A stretch of 64,000 nt of DNA from Candidatus Bathyarchaeota archaeon (GCA_963828195.1 CAWHDT010000004.1:49512-113511), one strand, 5' to 3'; shown: positions 20,997 through 30,161, counted from the first letter of the stretch. Program-made: numbers and translations. The notes: generated by a model not told the origin, from the sequence alone.

Positions 20997-22157
20997 CTAA
21001 ATATCCTCTATTTCATACGAGTCAGAAAACAATTTCTTCTTCAGAGATGATGGCACTACATCGTAGAAACGTGCAAGAGAGTCAAGAATCCCGTCATAGC
21101 ACTTTACAAAATAAAAAGATTCATCAGATTCGCAGCCCCTCTTCAGCTTAATTTCCGCCATGCCTGTACCATAATAGATTTCTTTGATGCCGTTTTCAAT
21201 TGCCCATTTTATTGGAGCGTAATAAACCAAATTAAGATAAACATAATCATTGTTTGAGCAGGCTGAATAATCGAAGCCACATTTAAAACCTTCTAAAGTT
21301 TCTTTATGCTGCATGCATAAGGTAAAGCCAACAATTTTTTCGTTCTTTTTGGCCAGAAATAACAACGTTTTATCTCCAGCGTGCCTACTTAAACTTTTAA
21401 AGAAAGAAGCATCGTAGTAAGGTGATTGCCTTCTGTTATATTTGAAGTAAAGATTTGAGTAGAGATTTGACAATACCAAAGACAGCTGCTCGAATTCAGA
21501 TATGGCTTCAATTTTAACACTGTTTTCGCCCGATTTTTTCAACTCACGTCTAACATTTTTACGAACTTTATAATTTAGGCTCATTAAATATTCGTCGAAA
21601 GTAGTCCACCGGATTTTGATGGTATAAGTTTTTCTCCAAGGTAATTTGCGGTATCCGAAATCATTTAAACTATTCATGAGATTTGCTTCTGAAGCCGAAA
21701 CACAGATAAAACAACTAATTGAGATTCGTCCCGTTTTGCATAAGCAATCGATTCCTTCAGATATCTTACCTATAATTAGGCTTTTATCATAGTTTTCATC
21801 GCAAAGAATTCCGCTACGCCAACAGCCAGCTGGAGAATGGCAAAGTAATGCATGGCGATTGTATAAATTGAGAAAGTCCGCAAAGGTCAATATTTTTGTT
21901 AAGAATGGGATTAATTTTGGTGTGTTAGCGAAATAGGTATCTTTTTGGTCAATGAAACATGGAGTAAAAGCTACCGGATTTGCGCCACAAAAAACAGCTA
22001 CGTAGTATACATCTTGTTTCATGATGTTTTCCATTGTTTTAAACCATTCATAAGTGCAATGAGGGTCAGTTGAAAGGGAATTAACGAAACTTTTGCCCAA
22101 GATATCCACGGATTTTAAGATTTTGAAATTCAATTGTTCAGTCAACTTGACTACCAT
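20997..22157 (-). CDS. FemAB-like (DUF482-type) GNAT-fold protein
   Basis: FDEYLMSLNYKVRKNVRRE and YLNLVYYAPIKWAIENG..IYYG....IKLKRG resemble the FemAB_like C-terminal motif. Confidence 0.8.
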   Translation of the reverse strand: MVVKLTEQLNFKILKSVDILGKSFVNSLSTDPHCTYEWFKTMENIMKQDVYYVAVFCGANPVAFTPCFIDQKDTYFANTPKLIPFLTKILTFADFLNLYNRHALLCHSPAGCWRSGILCDENYDKSLIIGKISEGIDCLCKTGRISISCFICVSASEANLMNSLNDFGYRKLPWRKTYTIKIRWTTFDEYLMSLNYKVRKNVRRELKKSGENSVKIEAISEFEQLSLVLSNLYSNLYFKYNRRQSPYYDASFFKSLSRHAGDKTLLFLAKKNEKIVGFTLCMQHKETLEGFKCGFDYSACSNNDYVYLNLVYYAPIKWAIENGIKEIYYGTGMAEIKLKRGCESDESFYFVKCYDGILDSLARFYDVVPSSLKKKLFSDSYEIEDI

Positions 22158-22197
22158 CGTGAAAGATATTTTCGGTAAGAAAGTTTGCCTCTTGATT

Positions 22198-23433
22198 TCA
22201 AAAACTGACCCGTGGAGGACTCCACGCGCGGCTTTTGTCTTTTAACATGTTAATTAAGCCCAAAGGAGAAAAAGCAAGTCTAAATAGAAAAGGCGCAGGA
22301 TCGTTTACTTCAAATAAATCGTAAAACAAACCAGGTTCATAAAACTTAAGCCAACTGGCAAGCAACTTCAAATCGCCTTTCTGCAAATTTGAGTTTGCTG
22401 AGGAATCCTTGATTAGCTTTACAATGTACAGGAGGTCTTGCTCGAGATATCTGCCTTTAACACCCTCTTTATAGTTGAATGTCCCCTTGACGTCTCCATC
22501 CATTGCTATTTTGTACAATAAATAAGGAAAGTCCACCCCAGCTTTGACTGCAACACAAAGTGATCCCCAGAACCGCGGATTTATCTCCAGCAGTTTGGGA
22601 GTATTGTCGCGAGGGTCAAGTCTGAACTCGACTTCAGCTATTCCGTGCCAATTCAGTGATTCAAGAAGCTTTTCAGTATACATCTTCATGCGAGGGTTCA
22701 GCGGAGCACTTTCGCGGTAACAACTGTTGCCTCCACTAGGAGGCCAAGCTCGGTTAACTTTTATGCAGCAGAAGGCTCTAGGTTTTCCATTGTTGTATAC
22801 TGCAGCGACTGAATAGTTGATTCCTGGAACATATTCTTGAATTAACGGATATGGAAAATACTGGTTTATGCTGTTGTAAGTTGCAATAAGTTCCGAAGCA
22901 GAGTTGACGAATCCGCCCCGCCTATCAAAAGCGCGATCTTTCTGCCACACCACTGACCAACGTGGTTTAACAACGCAGGGGTAGCTCATTTCCTGAGCAG
23001 CAAGTTTTAGTTCCGCTGAATTTTGAACAAAACGAGTTTGTGGAATAGGCACGCCATTTTCCATCGCCAACTTAAGCGTCGAGCTTTTATCAAAACATGA
23101 CAGAATTGAATCGTGACTGGCGATGGGCAGTTTAACGTAAGGAGTTAATCTGTCTCTGTTTTTGGAAATCGGCACCAGAGATGCTTCAGAAAGCGGAAAA
23201 TACATATCAAACTTTGAGTTTTTAACTATTTTTTCAACCGCTTGAGCATATTCTTTTTCAAGGCTAGTTGATGGGACTAAAAATTGTTTTCGACAAAATT
23301 TGGAAAAACGGGAAGTATACACGGGAAAGTTTGTCAGGACAGCTGTGTTTATGTTCCTTTTTCCTAGAGACCGTATGATTGGAAGGCTGATGGGACAATA
23401 TCCTTCAGCCACTAAGACGCCGTCGCTTTCCAT
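22198..23433 (-). CDS. ATP-grasp ligase (carboxylate-amine ligase type)
   Basis: DKSSTLKLA..GVPIP, YPCVVKP, IQEYVPG, VEFR.D, LLEINPRFWGS; ATG at 23433 preferred over TTG at 23457. Confidence 0.9.
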   Translation of the reverse strand: MESDGVLVAEGYCPISLPIIRSLGKRNINTAVLTNFPVYTSRFSKFCRKQFLVPSTSLEKEYAQAVEKIVKNSKFDMYFPLSEASLVPISKNRDRLTPYVKLPIASHDSILSCFDKSSTLKLAMENGVPIPQTRFVQNSAELKLAAQEMSYPCVVKPRWSVVWQKDRAFDRRGGFVNSASELIATYNSINQYFPYPLIQEYVPGINYSVAAVYNNGKPRAFCCIKVNRAWPPSGGNSCYRESAPLNPRMKMYTEKLLESLNWHGIAEVEFRLDPRDNTPKLLEINPRFWGSLCVAVKAGVDFPYLLYKIAMDGDVKGTFNYKEGVKGRYLEQDLLYIVKLIKDSSANSNLQKGDLKLLASWLKFYEPGLFYDLFEVNDPAPFLFRLAFSPLGLINMLKDKSRAWSPPRVSF

Positions 23434-23465
23434 GTTAATCAACCAATAAGGATTCAATTGTTAAT

Positions 23466-23539
23466 TGGAGCCAGGGGTTGGATTTGCACCAACATAAACG
23501 GCTCTGCAGGCCGTCGCTTTCGTACTCAGCCACCCCGGC
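23466..23539 (-). tRNA. tRNA-Cys(GCA), atypical D and T loops, encoded CCA (copy 2)
   Basis: Folds as GCCGGGG UG GCU-GAGUACGAA-AGC G ACGGC-CUGCAGA-GCCGU UUAU GUUGG-UGCAAAU-CCAAC CCCUGGC U CCA; U73 discriminator; no intron. Confidence 0.92.
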
Positions 23540-23571
23540 GACATCATTTTTTAATCCGCGGAAGATCCAAC

Positions 23572-23586
23572 ATTATAATTTTCTGG
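23572..23586 (-). promoter_or_regulatory. Putative BRE/TATA upstream of tRNA copy 2
   Basis: Minus strand reads CAGAAAA-TTATAA about 35 nt upstream of G1. Confidence 0.45.
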
Positions 23587-23641
23587 GCTTAAAGCCGTTA
23601 AAGCCACGTCGGGAAACAATATTTTCTAAATAATAAGCAAG

Positions 23642-24349
23642 CTAAATAGCTATTGATTTGGGTTTCTCAGCTAGAATTGCGTATATCCTCATTGTTGCCC
23701 ACTTTTCTTTAAACTGAGCATCATATTGGCCGACGTCTATTACTTCGTAATTATGATCAATTAGTAACTTTAGCATCGCGTTGTACCCTTTAAGGTGTAC
23801 AGAGCGAATTGTCCCAGATTCCTCTATGAATGGACTGTCAATTGTGGGTGCCTTTTCGATGCTTCTATTTGTTTCCAGAAAGAACATGCGGGGTTTGCTA
23901 ACACTCAAGAGTTTGTCGATTGAAGATACGAAAGCTTGTTGACAACATAGCTCGAATGCTCCGAGAAGAAGAAAGATTGAAAATTGTCGTTCTTCGTCAG
24001 GTTCGGTTTTAAAGCTTCCATAAGAAGAAAGTACCCACTTTCCTTCTGGATAAATTTTTCTCAAATCTTTTATCGCCGTGCGATTATCGTCAAATCCGGT
24101 TATATTGAATCCTGACTTTAGCAATGGCTTCGCCAACGGAGAATAGCCACACATTATATCCAAAAAATTGTCTCCGGAATTAAGATACGGCTTTATTATG
24201 TTAAAAAGAGTTTCGCCCCTTAAACTAACGCCTTTCAGATAAGGATATTCGTATCGGGAGGTAACTTTGTTTAAAATCACTAAGGCAGGTTTTTCTAATC
24301 TCAAAGTTTGTAAAGCCTTATGGCCAAAATTTTTTATTCCTGAGCCCAA
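23642..24349 (-). CDS. Class I SAM-dependent methyltransferase-like protein (paralog of 15952-16695)
   Basis: FLDIMCGYS, ITGFDD; shares TSRYEYPYLK and RGETL with the paralog. Confidence 0.75.
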   Translation of the reverse strand: MGSGIKNFGHKALQTLRLEKPALVILNKVTSRYEYPYLKGVSLRGETLFNIIKPYLNSGDNFLDIMCGYSPLAKPLLKSGFNITGFDDNRTAIKDLRKIYPEGKWVLSSYGSFKTEPDEERQFSIFLLLGAFELCCQQAFVSSIDKLLSVSKPRMFFLETNRSIEKAPTIDSPFIEESGTIRSVHLKGYNAMLKLLIDHNYEVIDVGQYDAQFKEKWATMRIYAILAEKPKSIAI

Positions 24350-24416
24350 ATTTTATTTACCCCCTATAATGCCTCGGTTACATTAAAAGTTTGGTTATAA
24401 ACGATTTTTAAATTAA

Positions 24417-25529
24417 TTATGAAGATTTTGCTACGGAAAGACGCTTTCCAAGAGTGTTAGTCAGTGGAGAAAATACATCCTTTTTAGTTATAAAATTGTA
24501 AACGAGTGGAACAATTCTTTTTTTGATAGCTCTAATCTCAAGGTTATGCCTTATCAAAGTATTCCAATTTTGCTTGTAGGATTCATCGCCTCTCATGAAA
24601 TCGAATTCATTTAAGCCATTATCGATAGAATTTTTTATCGAGTATAAGAAGAGAAGATGCCCTAAATGGTAATCAAAGTATTTCGGGTCAAATCCTGTAA
24701 GATAGTTAAACATTTTATTTCTGTATTTGAATGCATAAATTGCTGAAACAGGTTGATTGTTTAGTGTAAGAAAACAAAGATTCAACCATCCCCTTTCGGC
24801 GAAAGACCTGGCAACGCTTAAGTGAAAATCACGGAATTTTGGGTCTGCAAAAGCTCCAGCGCTGTTTTCCGACTGCCACTTCATTTGGTGTAGATTAAAA
24901 AATGTCTTCATGGCCGTATCAAGGGTATCCAAATCGTTATGAATATAGAAATTAACTTTGAAATCATTTTGTAGCCTTTTGTCCCATCGCCGCATATTTC
25001 TCCGCCAATTAGAACCTAAGCCTTGAAAGTAAGCTTCAAACTTATTTGGCAAGATGATATATGGACAAATGTTGAGATTTCTTTCCGCCAATTCTAGTTT
25101 TTTCCCTGAACAAGTCTTCAGAGCCTTTATCGTGTCGGAGTCTTCTGGAACATCTTCAAATTCGATGCAGTCCCACTTTGAGCTTGCATGATTTGCGTAA
25201 TCCATCATTAGCTTAGCGCACTCTGCCTTTTTGTCCGCCAAAAGAAAAGTTTGATAGTCGGCTGCTGGAGTTCCTATGAACTCCATTTTTGTTAGTTTGA
25301 GTCCAGCTAATTTATATTTAGAACGCATCAACGGAGCCGCTGCAACTAGTTTTTCGTCGTCGCTAACTGTTATTAGACTGAATATCCTTTCGTCGCCGAA
25401 GTGCTTCCACCATGTTGACAGCCACTCCCACGTGAGAAATATGTGGTTATCACCGCTTCTTTGAAGAGCGTCGGCCCATTCAGTTTTATAATTCAAAAAC
25501 TGCTCAAAAGATAACTCGGCTACTTTCAT
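24417..25529 (-). CDS. Fem-clan double-GNAT protein (CelD/BcsL type, paralog of 12781-13899)
   Basis: FLTWEWLSTWWKHF, ADYQTF, YLTGFDP, EFDFMRGDESYKQNW. Confidence 0.85.
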   Translation of the reverse strand: MKVAELSFEQFLNYKTEWADALQRSGDNHIFLTWEWLSTWWKHFGDERIFSLITVSDDEKLVAAAPLMRSKYKLAGLKLTKMEFIGTPAADYQTFLLADKKAECAKLMMDYANHASSKWDCIEFEDVPEDSDTIKALKTCSGKKLELAERNLNICPYIILPNKFEAYFQGLGSNWRRNMRRWDKRLQNDFKVNFYIHNDLDTLDTAMKTFFNLHQMKWQSENSAGAFADPKFRDFHLSVARSFAERGWLNLCFLTLNNQPVSAIYAFKYRNKMFNYLTGFDPKYFDYHLGHLLFLYSIKNSIDNGLNEFDFMRGDESYKQNWNTLIRHNLEIRAIKKRIVPLVYNFITKKDVFSPLTNTLGKRLSVAKSS

Positions 25530-25628
25530 TTAAAATTCAAATCCTTTTTTTGAGTGAAGATCAGATTTTTCGACTTGGATGCACATCTTGAAACTCCAAC
25601 ACCCGAAACATGAAGCAATAATTGCTGT

Positions 25629-25702
25629 TGGAGCCAGGGGTTGGATTTGCACCAACATAAACGGCTCTGCAGGCCGTCGCTTTCGTACTCAGCCACCCCG
25701 GC
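25629..25702 (-). tRNA. tRNA-Cys(GCA), atypical D and T loops, encoded CCA (copy 1)
   Basis: 74 nt identical to 23466-23539. Confidence 0.92.
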
Positions 25703-25795
25703 TCTTTTTTGGAATTGATTAACAATCAGCAATCAGTATCCAAAAAGCTGCTGTTTTGAAAAATGTGAACTTTTCCAGCAATGTTTGACTGCCAA

Positions 25796-26395
25796 TTATG
25801 CAGTCATGTTTAGCCATAAGCTGACAAATCTTTGATTATACTGGAAAGCGTTAGCTGTATCATTAAAAATCCAAAGTTCAAAGAAGACGTTTCCGAAAAA
25901 GCCGTTATTTTGGGGATCAAATGCAACGGTTGTTTGGCTTAGACTTAATGGGAAACCGTTAACGATGATGTTTTGCATGTCTACTTGATTAGGGTTATTT
26001 TGATCAAGTTGGTACTGTAAAGAAAAGCTGATGGGGAGTTGCAGTGACTGATTATTAGCAACGCAAAATGGGATATCAACTAAAGACGGCAGATTGCTGC
26101 TTGTACCATTGAAACTGTCCGGAGCCGATTGCGTTTCGTTTCGGAATTTTACTTCGATCTGATAATAAGCAACGGACCCTATATGATTGTTAACATTAAG
26201 ATATAATGAGTAATTTTGAGCTGCTTCAACGTTGTAAGGATATGTGGCATTGTGGTAAGCCCCAAAGATCGATAATTCCGTTAAGGGCGTTGGCGCTGGG
26301 GCTGCGGCAAGTTGCTGAATTGCAGGTGAGGCAACAAACAACGCTAAAACGACAGTTGCGACAAGTAAGAGTGTTCTGTATTGTCTGATAGCCAT
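25796..26395 (-). CDS. DUF1616-like membrane-anchored protein
   Basis: N-terminal TM, TELSIFG, YPYNV, YLNVNNH, C-terminal VSLWLNMT. Confidence 0.7.
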   Translation of the reverse strand: MAIRQYRTLLLVATVVLALFVASPAIQQLAAAPAPTPLTELSIFGAYHNATYPYNVEAAQNYSLYLNVNNHIGSVAYYQIEVKFRNETQSAPDSFNGTSSNLPSLVDIPFCVANNQSLQLPISFSLQYQLDQNNPNQVDMQNIIVNGFPLSLSQTTVAFDPQNNGFFGNVFFELWIFNDTANAFQYNQRFVSLWLNMTA

Positions 26396-26869
26396 TCAAG
26401 TCTTCCTCGGTTTTCGATTCAATTTAATCCAAACAGCTGTGCCTGCACCTAAGATAGCCACAGAGCCAATTATGGAGAAAATAGTAACCATGAATTTTTG
26501 ATTGTCATTGTTATTGGCGTTTTGCTGCAGGGCTGTAGCTTGGGAGCTAAAGCTGTTTAACACGTTTTGGCTTTGAGTCGCATAATTATAAGCTGCATTG
26601 TAGTCATTGCTTGCGTAAGCTAATTGAGCCTCAGACATTAAACCAGCAGCGTCGTTAAGAGTAACCATTAAAGAGGTTACGTTTGCTCCTGCCGATTGCG
26701 CTTGTTTAGCTGCATCATAGCAGCTTTTGAAGTTGTTTTGTGCTGAAGCAATGGCTGTTTGGGCGCTATTTTGTTGAGCGAAAACAGGAGAAACAAACAA
26801 AGCAACAGCTATAAAAAAGATTACAAAAGCTATAGCGCAAGTCTTTAAGCCTTTAATCAAGTTGAGCAC
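26396..26869 (-). CDS. Hypothetical exported helical protein with C-terminal TM
   Basis: Signal peptide, Ala/Gln-rich helices, TM plus basic tail. Confidence 0.7.
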   Translation of the reverse strand: MLNLIKGLKTCAIAFVIFFIAVALFVSPVFAQQNSAQTAIASAQNNFKSCYDAAKQAQSAGANVTSLMVTLNDAAGLMSEAQLAYASNDYNAAYNYATQSQNVLNSFSSQATALQQNANNNDNQKFMVTIFSIIGSVAILGAGTAVWIKLNRKPRKT

Positions 26870-26894
26870 CGTTAAAAATCAGGTCACAGAAAAA

Positions 26895-27236
26895 TTAGGT
26901 TGATTGTGAGTCTGATAGGAATTGTTTAATTGGGCACAATTCTTCTAAAGCTTTCTTTTTGGTGGAAAAATCGTAAAGGTGCTTTTCCATGGTTTTGCTG
27001 CATCGAGCGTATTCTTTGTAAGCATCTAAATATTCATGTCCTTTGAAGGTTAATTTGTAGCGTTGATTATTATCTTCGAATGTTATAAGCGAAGCATCTA
27101 TTATTTCGGTTAGATAACGTTGCAAAACCTTGTAGCTTAAGTTAGCTTGATACATTATCTGGGTTTTTTTAGGGTCCTGACTCGCAACGTTTAGAATGTC
27201 AGCTATTATGTCTAACCTATCTCGATAATTACCCAC
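26895..27236 (-). CDS. Winged-helix transcriptional regulator
   Basis: YRDRLDIIADIL...KTQIMYQANLSY...YKLTFKG; GTG start at 27236 preferred. Confidence 0.85.
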   Translation of the reverse strand: MGNYRDRLDIIADILNVASQDPKKTQIMYQANLSYKVLQRYLTEIIDASLITFEDNNQRYKLTFKGHEYLDAYKEYARCSKTMEKHLYDFSTKKKALEELCPIKQFLSDSQST

Positions 27237-27283
27237 GGTTTGCGTTCTCCTAAAAATCAAATAAAAACAAAAAATTTTAAACT

Positions 27284-27667
27284 TTAAGCGTGCAGCCAGC
27301 CTCTGCCGTTTTTCCTTAATTGATGTTTCTCCTTTTTTTCTTCAAAAGGCTGTTGGGCTAACTTTTTTCTTTGCGGTTTCTGAGTGGTGATGTTAGTTTT
27401 AATAAATTTGGTCCATCCGCCAACCTGAGGGTCAGGAGGGATATATCTTTCTGCGTTCAAGACTTCATGTTCTTCTAGGATTTCCTTAAAGTTCAGGGCT
27501 TTGAAGTCTCTGGTTGCATGGATTATTGTGCCTTGGTCGATGAACAATTGATTGTAGCTATTGAGCGCTATGCCTTCAGCTCGAACTTTGTCGTCGTACC
27601 TTTCGCGCCAAAGTTTTTTCCATTCTACTTTTAATTCTTCCACGAATTCTTTTTGGTTTAGCGACAT
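27284..27667 (-). CDS. Hypothetical protein
   Basis: 127-aa ORF with GGAGG SD; first gene of the minus-strand locus. Confidence 0.7.
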   Translation of the reverse strand: MSLNQKEFVEELKVEWKKLWRERYDDKVRAEGIALNSYNQLFIDQGTIIHATRDFKALNFKEILEEHEVLNAERYIPPDPQVGGWTKFIKTNITTQKPQRKKLAQQPFEEKKEKHQLRKNGRGWLHA

Positions 27668-28084
27668 GTCTAAAAAAGTCCCTCCATGATAGAAGCGGAT
27701 TTGAAAAAGCTGTTTTATAATGATAAAACTAGCAGGAGAAGTTCTCCCTAACTATTTTATGTTTGAATTGTCTTATTTAAGGTGTAAGGATGAATTGTTC
27801 TATTTTTATTAAACATTAAGGGTTTTTTTCTGTATTTTAAATGATTTAATGTTTAATTTTGTTATTGTTTGATATAGAACATTTCATGTTTTTTTACAGA
27901 ACAATTTCGCACATATTTGCCTATTGCGAAGGAGCGGTCGGTCAGGAACCGCTTGGTTCTAACGGAAAGAACATAAATAATTTAGTTTTGGGTTCTAATA
28001 AGTGTTACCACTTGCTTCTTTGGCGGCTTAGCTACTTTGCAATGTTTAAATTCTACTTTTACTATTAGGAAAAGTGGTATTGTT

Positions 28085-29266
28085 ATGGCGAGCTTAATTT
28101 TTGCTAAAGATGTCTATACAAATAGGTTTAACTCTGTTCAAGAAAATGATACATTGTCGCGGTGTTTAGAAGCATTTGAAACAGGTATGCCTCCGGTTTT
28201 AGCTGTTTTAAATGATAAGGGCAAATATGAAGGTGTGATTACTAGACGCGCGATTTTAAGGTCAAGACTTGACTCTACGGCGACGAAGGTAAAAACATTG
28301 ATGAAGGTTGCGCCTCCTGTGACGGTTGAGTTTTCGCTCAGTAAAATGGCGAAGTTGATGATTGAGAGTGAGATGAGGCAGCTTCCGGTTTTTGAGAAGA
28401 ATAAGCTGTTAGGGTTTGTTACTGACGAGAGTATAATTCATGCGGCCGTTCTTCAGGAGTGGGGTGGCACTGCGGTTGAGAAAATCATGACTCGTGCGCC
28501 TCACACGATTGAGGGTAATCGTTCTGTGGGGGCTGTTCTTAGTTTAATGAGGGAATACGGCGTTTCTCATGTTCCAGTCATGGACAACGGCAAGCTTGTA
28601 GGAATAATCAGCATTGAAGATATTTTGGAGAATATTTATTGGCCTCAGAAACGCCAGACAACAGGAGATATAGTGGGAGAGAAAATTGAAACATTAAGCT
28701 TGCCAGCTAAAGGCATAATGAACAAACAATTAATTACTGTTGAACCTCAAACGAGCCTGCGTGTTACCGAGAAAATGATGTATGACCACGACATAGCCTG
28801 TTTACTTGTTGTTTCAAACGAGCGGCTAGTTGGCATCGTGACGAAACGTGATTTTCTTGAGCCGATTTCCCAGTTGGAAGTTGTTGAGAAAAAATTGTCA
28901 GTTCAGTTCGGCGTTAAAGACGTAGAGGTTAGTCCTGAACAGCAGGGATTTATGATGGAAGAATTCGATTCCTTCGCTCATAAATACCAAGAGGCTTTCC
29001 AGTTAGGAACACTTTTTATCTACATGAAGAGCCACGGCAACACAAACCTAAGGGGAACACCGCTGATTCACTGCCGATTACAGTTCCGGACGGTGAAGGG
29101 GACATTTTTTAGCGCCAGCGAAGGCTGGGGGGTTGAACCGACTTTCAGAGTGGCTTTAGATCGACTTGACAGAAGGCTGCTGCGGAGCAAAGAGCTGCTA
29201 GCTTACAATCCAAGATACGCGAAAGATTACCTGCGCAAGATTGGGCTTCCACAAGAAGAAACTTAA
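28085..29266 (+). CDS. 4xCBS protein with C-terminal HPF/RaiA-like domain (candidate ribosome hibernation factor)
   Basis: CBS motifs (QLPV..LLGFVT, HVPV..LVGIIS, LVGIVTKRD); C-terminal pattern ending FFSASEGWGVEPTFRVALDRLDRRL. Confidence 0.8.
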   Translation: MASLIFAKDVYTNRFNSVQENDTLSRCLEAFETGMPPVLAVLNDKGKYEGVITRRAILRSRLDSTATKVKTLMKVAPPVTVEFSLSKMAKLMIESEMRQLPVFEKNKLLGFVTDESIIHAAVLQEWGGTAVEKIMTRAPHTIEGNRSVGAVLSLMREYGVSHVPVMDNGKLVGIISIEDILENIYWPQKRQTTGDIVGEKIETLSLPAKGIMNKQLITVEPQTSLRVTEKMMYDHDIACLLVVSNERLVGIVTKRDFLEPISQLEVVEKKLSVQFGVKDVEVSPEQQGFMMEEFDSFAHKYQEAFQLGTLFIYMKSHGNTNLRGTPLIHCRLQFRTVKGTFFSASEGWGVEPTFRVALDRLDRRLLRSKELLAYNPRYAKDYLRKIGLPQEET

Positions 29267-29283
29267 TTTTTTTCTTTTTTCAA

Positions 29284-29383
29284 AAGAACAACAATACTCG
29301 GGAAGCAACTGTTGTTCTTCTTCTCGGGCAGCATTTTTTTTTAAAAGAAGAAGAAGCCTCAAAAAACCGTTTTTCTTCTTCTT
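29284..29383. repeat. Two tandem 9-18-9 palindromic motifs (copy B 29284-29319, copy C 29348-29383)
   Basis: AAGAACAAC-N18-GTTGTTCTT and AAGAAGAAG-N18-CTTCTTCTT. Confidence 0.75.
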
Positions 29384-29607
29384 CTGCCCTGTGTCTTTTT
29401 TGTTGTTTTCCGTGTTTACGTTGAAGTTTTTGCTTTTGTGTGGTTTTGTTGTAAAAAGTAGGCAGGGAGAGAGGTTTTGGGTGTTTGTGTTTTGGGTTGG
29501 TTTTTTGGTTTAGCGTTTGAAGCTGTTGCAGGTTAGGGTTAAAAAAGATATAAAAAGGTAGAAAAAGATACAGAAAGATATGGAAAGATGGGAAAAGGTG
29601 CAGCCAC

Positions 29608-29991
29608 ATGCCGCTAACAAAGCAGGAAACATTCAAAGCTAAACTCCAACGCCACAACCGGATCGCAGTTCCAAAGCTGCTGCGGTGGCGCTACAAAATG
29701 GAGCCGTGTGAACCGTTAAAAGTCACCATTAAACCGCTTGAGCAAGAAAGCTACGGCGAAGAAGAGTTCCTGGCTAAAACAGCCACCGACGGACGCTTAA
29801 CAGTGCCAAAACTAAACATGAAAATCCTTGAGCAAAAGGAGGAAAAGAGCCTTGCAGGCGCCATTTTTGAAGTCACAATCAACCCCGCAGGCAACCCAAA
29901 CGACGCCGCGCCTCAGCCTGAAGCCTATCCCCAAGAAAACACCGAAACAAAACTACTCGACAAAATCAAAGACACCCGAAAAAACCTCTAA
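29608..29991 (+). CDS. AbrB/SpoVT-like DNA-binding protein with duplicated motif
   Basis: FKAKLQRHNRIAVPK and FLAKTATDGRLTVPK. Confidence 0.65.
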   Translation: MPLTKQETFKAKLQRHNRIAVPKLLRWRYKMEPCEPLKVTIKPLEQESYGEEEFLAKTATDGRLTVPKLNMKILEQKEEKSLAGAIFEVTINPAGNPNDAAPQPEAYPQENTETKLLDKIKDTRKNL

Positions 29992-30080
29992 CGCAACCCC
30001 ATAACAACCCAAACCGCTCCAAACGGCACCACATAGAAAAAATCAAACCACCCATCAAAAAGCCTGGGATTCGCCTAAAA

Positions 30081-30133
30081 AGCTGGGGAGGGGAATTGAA
30101 TCCATATGTAACAGCTCTGCAGGCTGTCGCCTG
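30081..30133 (-). pseudogene. 3'-half tRNA-Cys fragment
   Basis: Minus strand GCG-ACAGC-CUGCAGA-GCUGU-UACAUAUGGAUUCAAUUCCCCUCCCCAGCU; intact GCA arm, no 5' half. Confidence 0.7.
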
Positions 30134-30161
30134 ATTTTTGTGATAATTTATTATAATGAAA

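Noticed and set aside
23466-25702. tRNA-Sec/tRNA-Pyl, or attL/attR of an integrated element
   Set aside because: Anticodon is GCA with a 4-nt variable loop and U73; both copies are full length and no integrase is present
25526-25732. 68-aa ORF
   Set aside because: Runs through the tRNA-Cys gene; no protein features
29241-29657. Overlapping Phe- or Lys-rich ORFs
   Set aside because: Products of low-complexity skewed intergenic DNA
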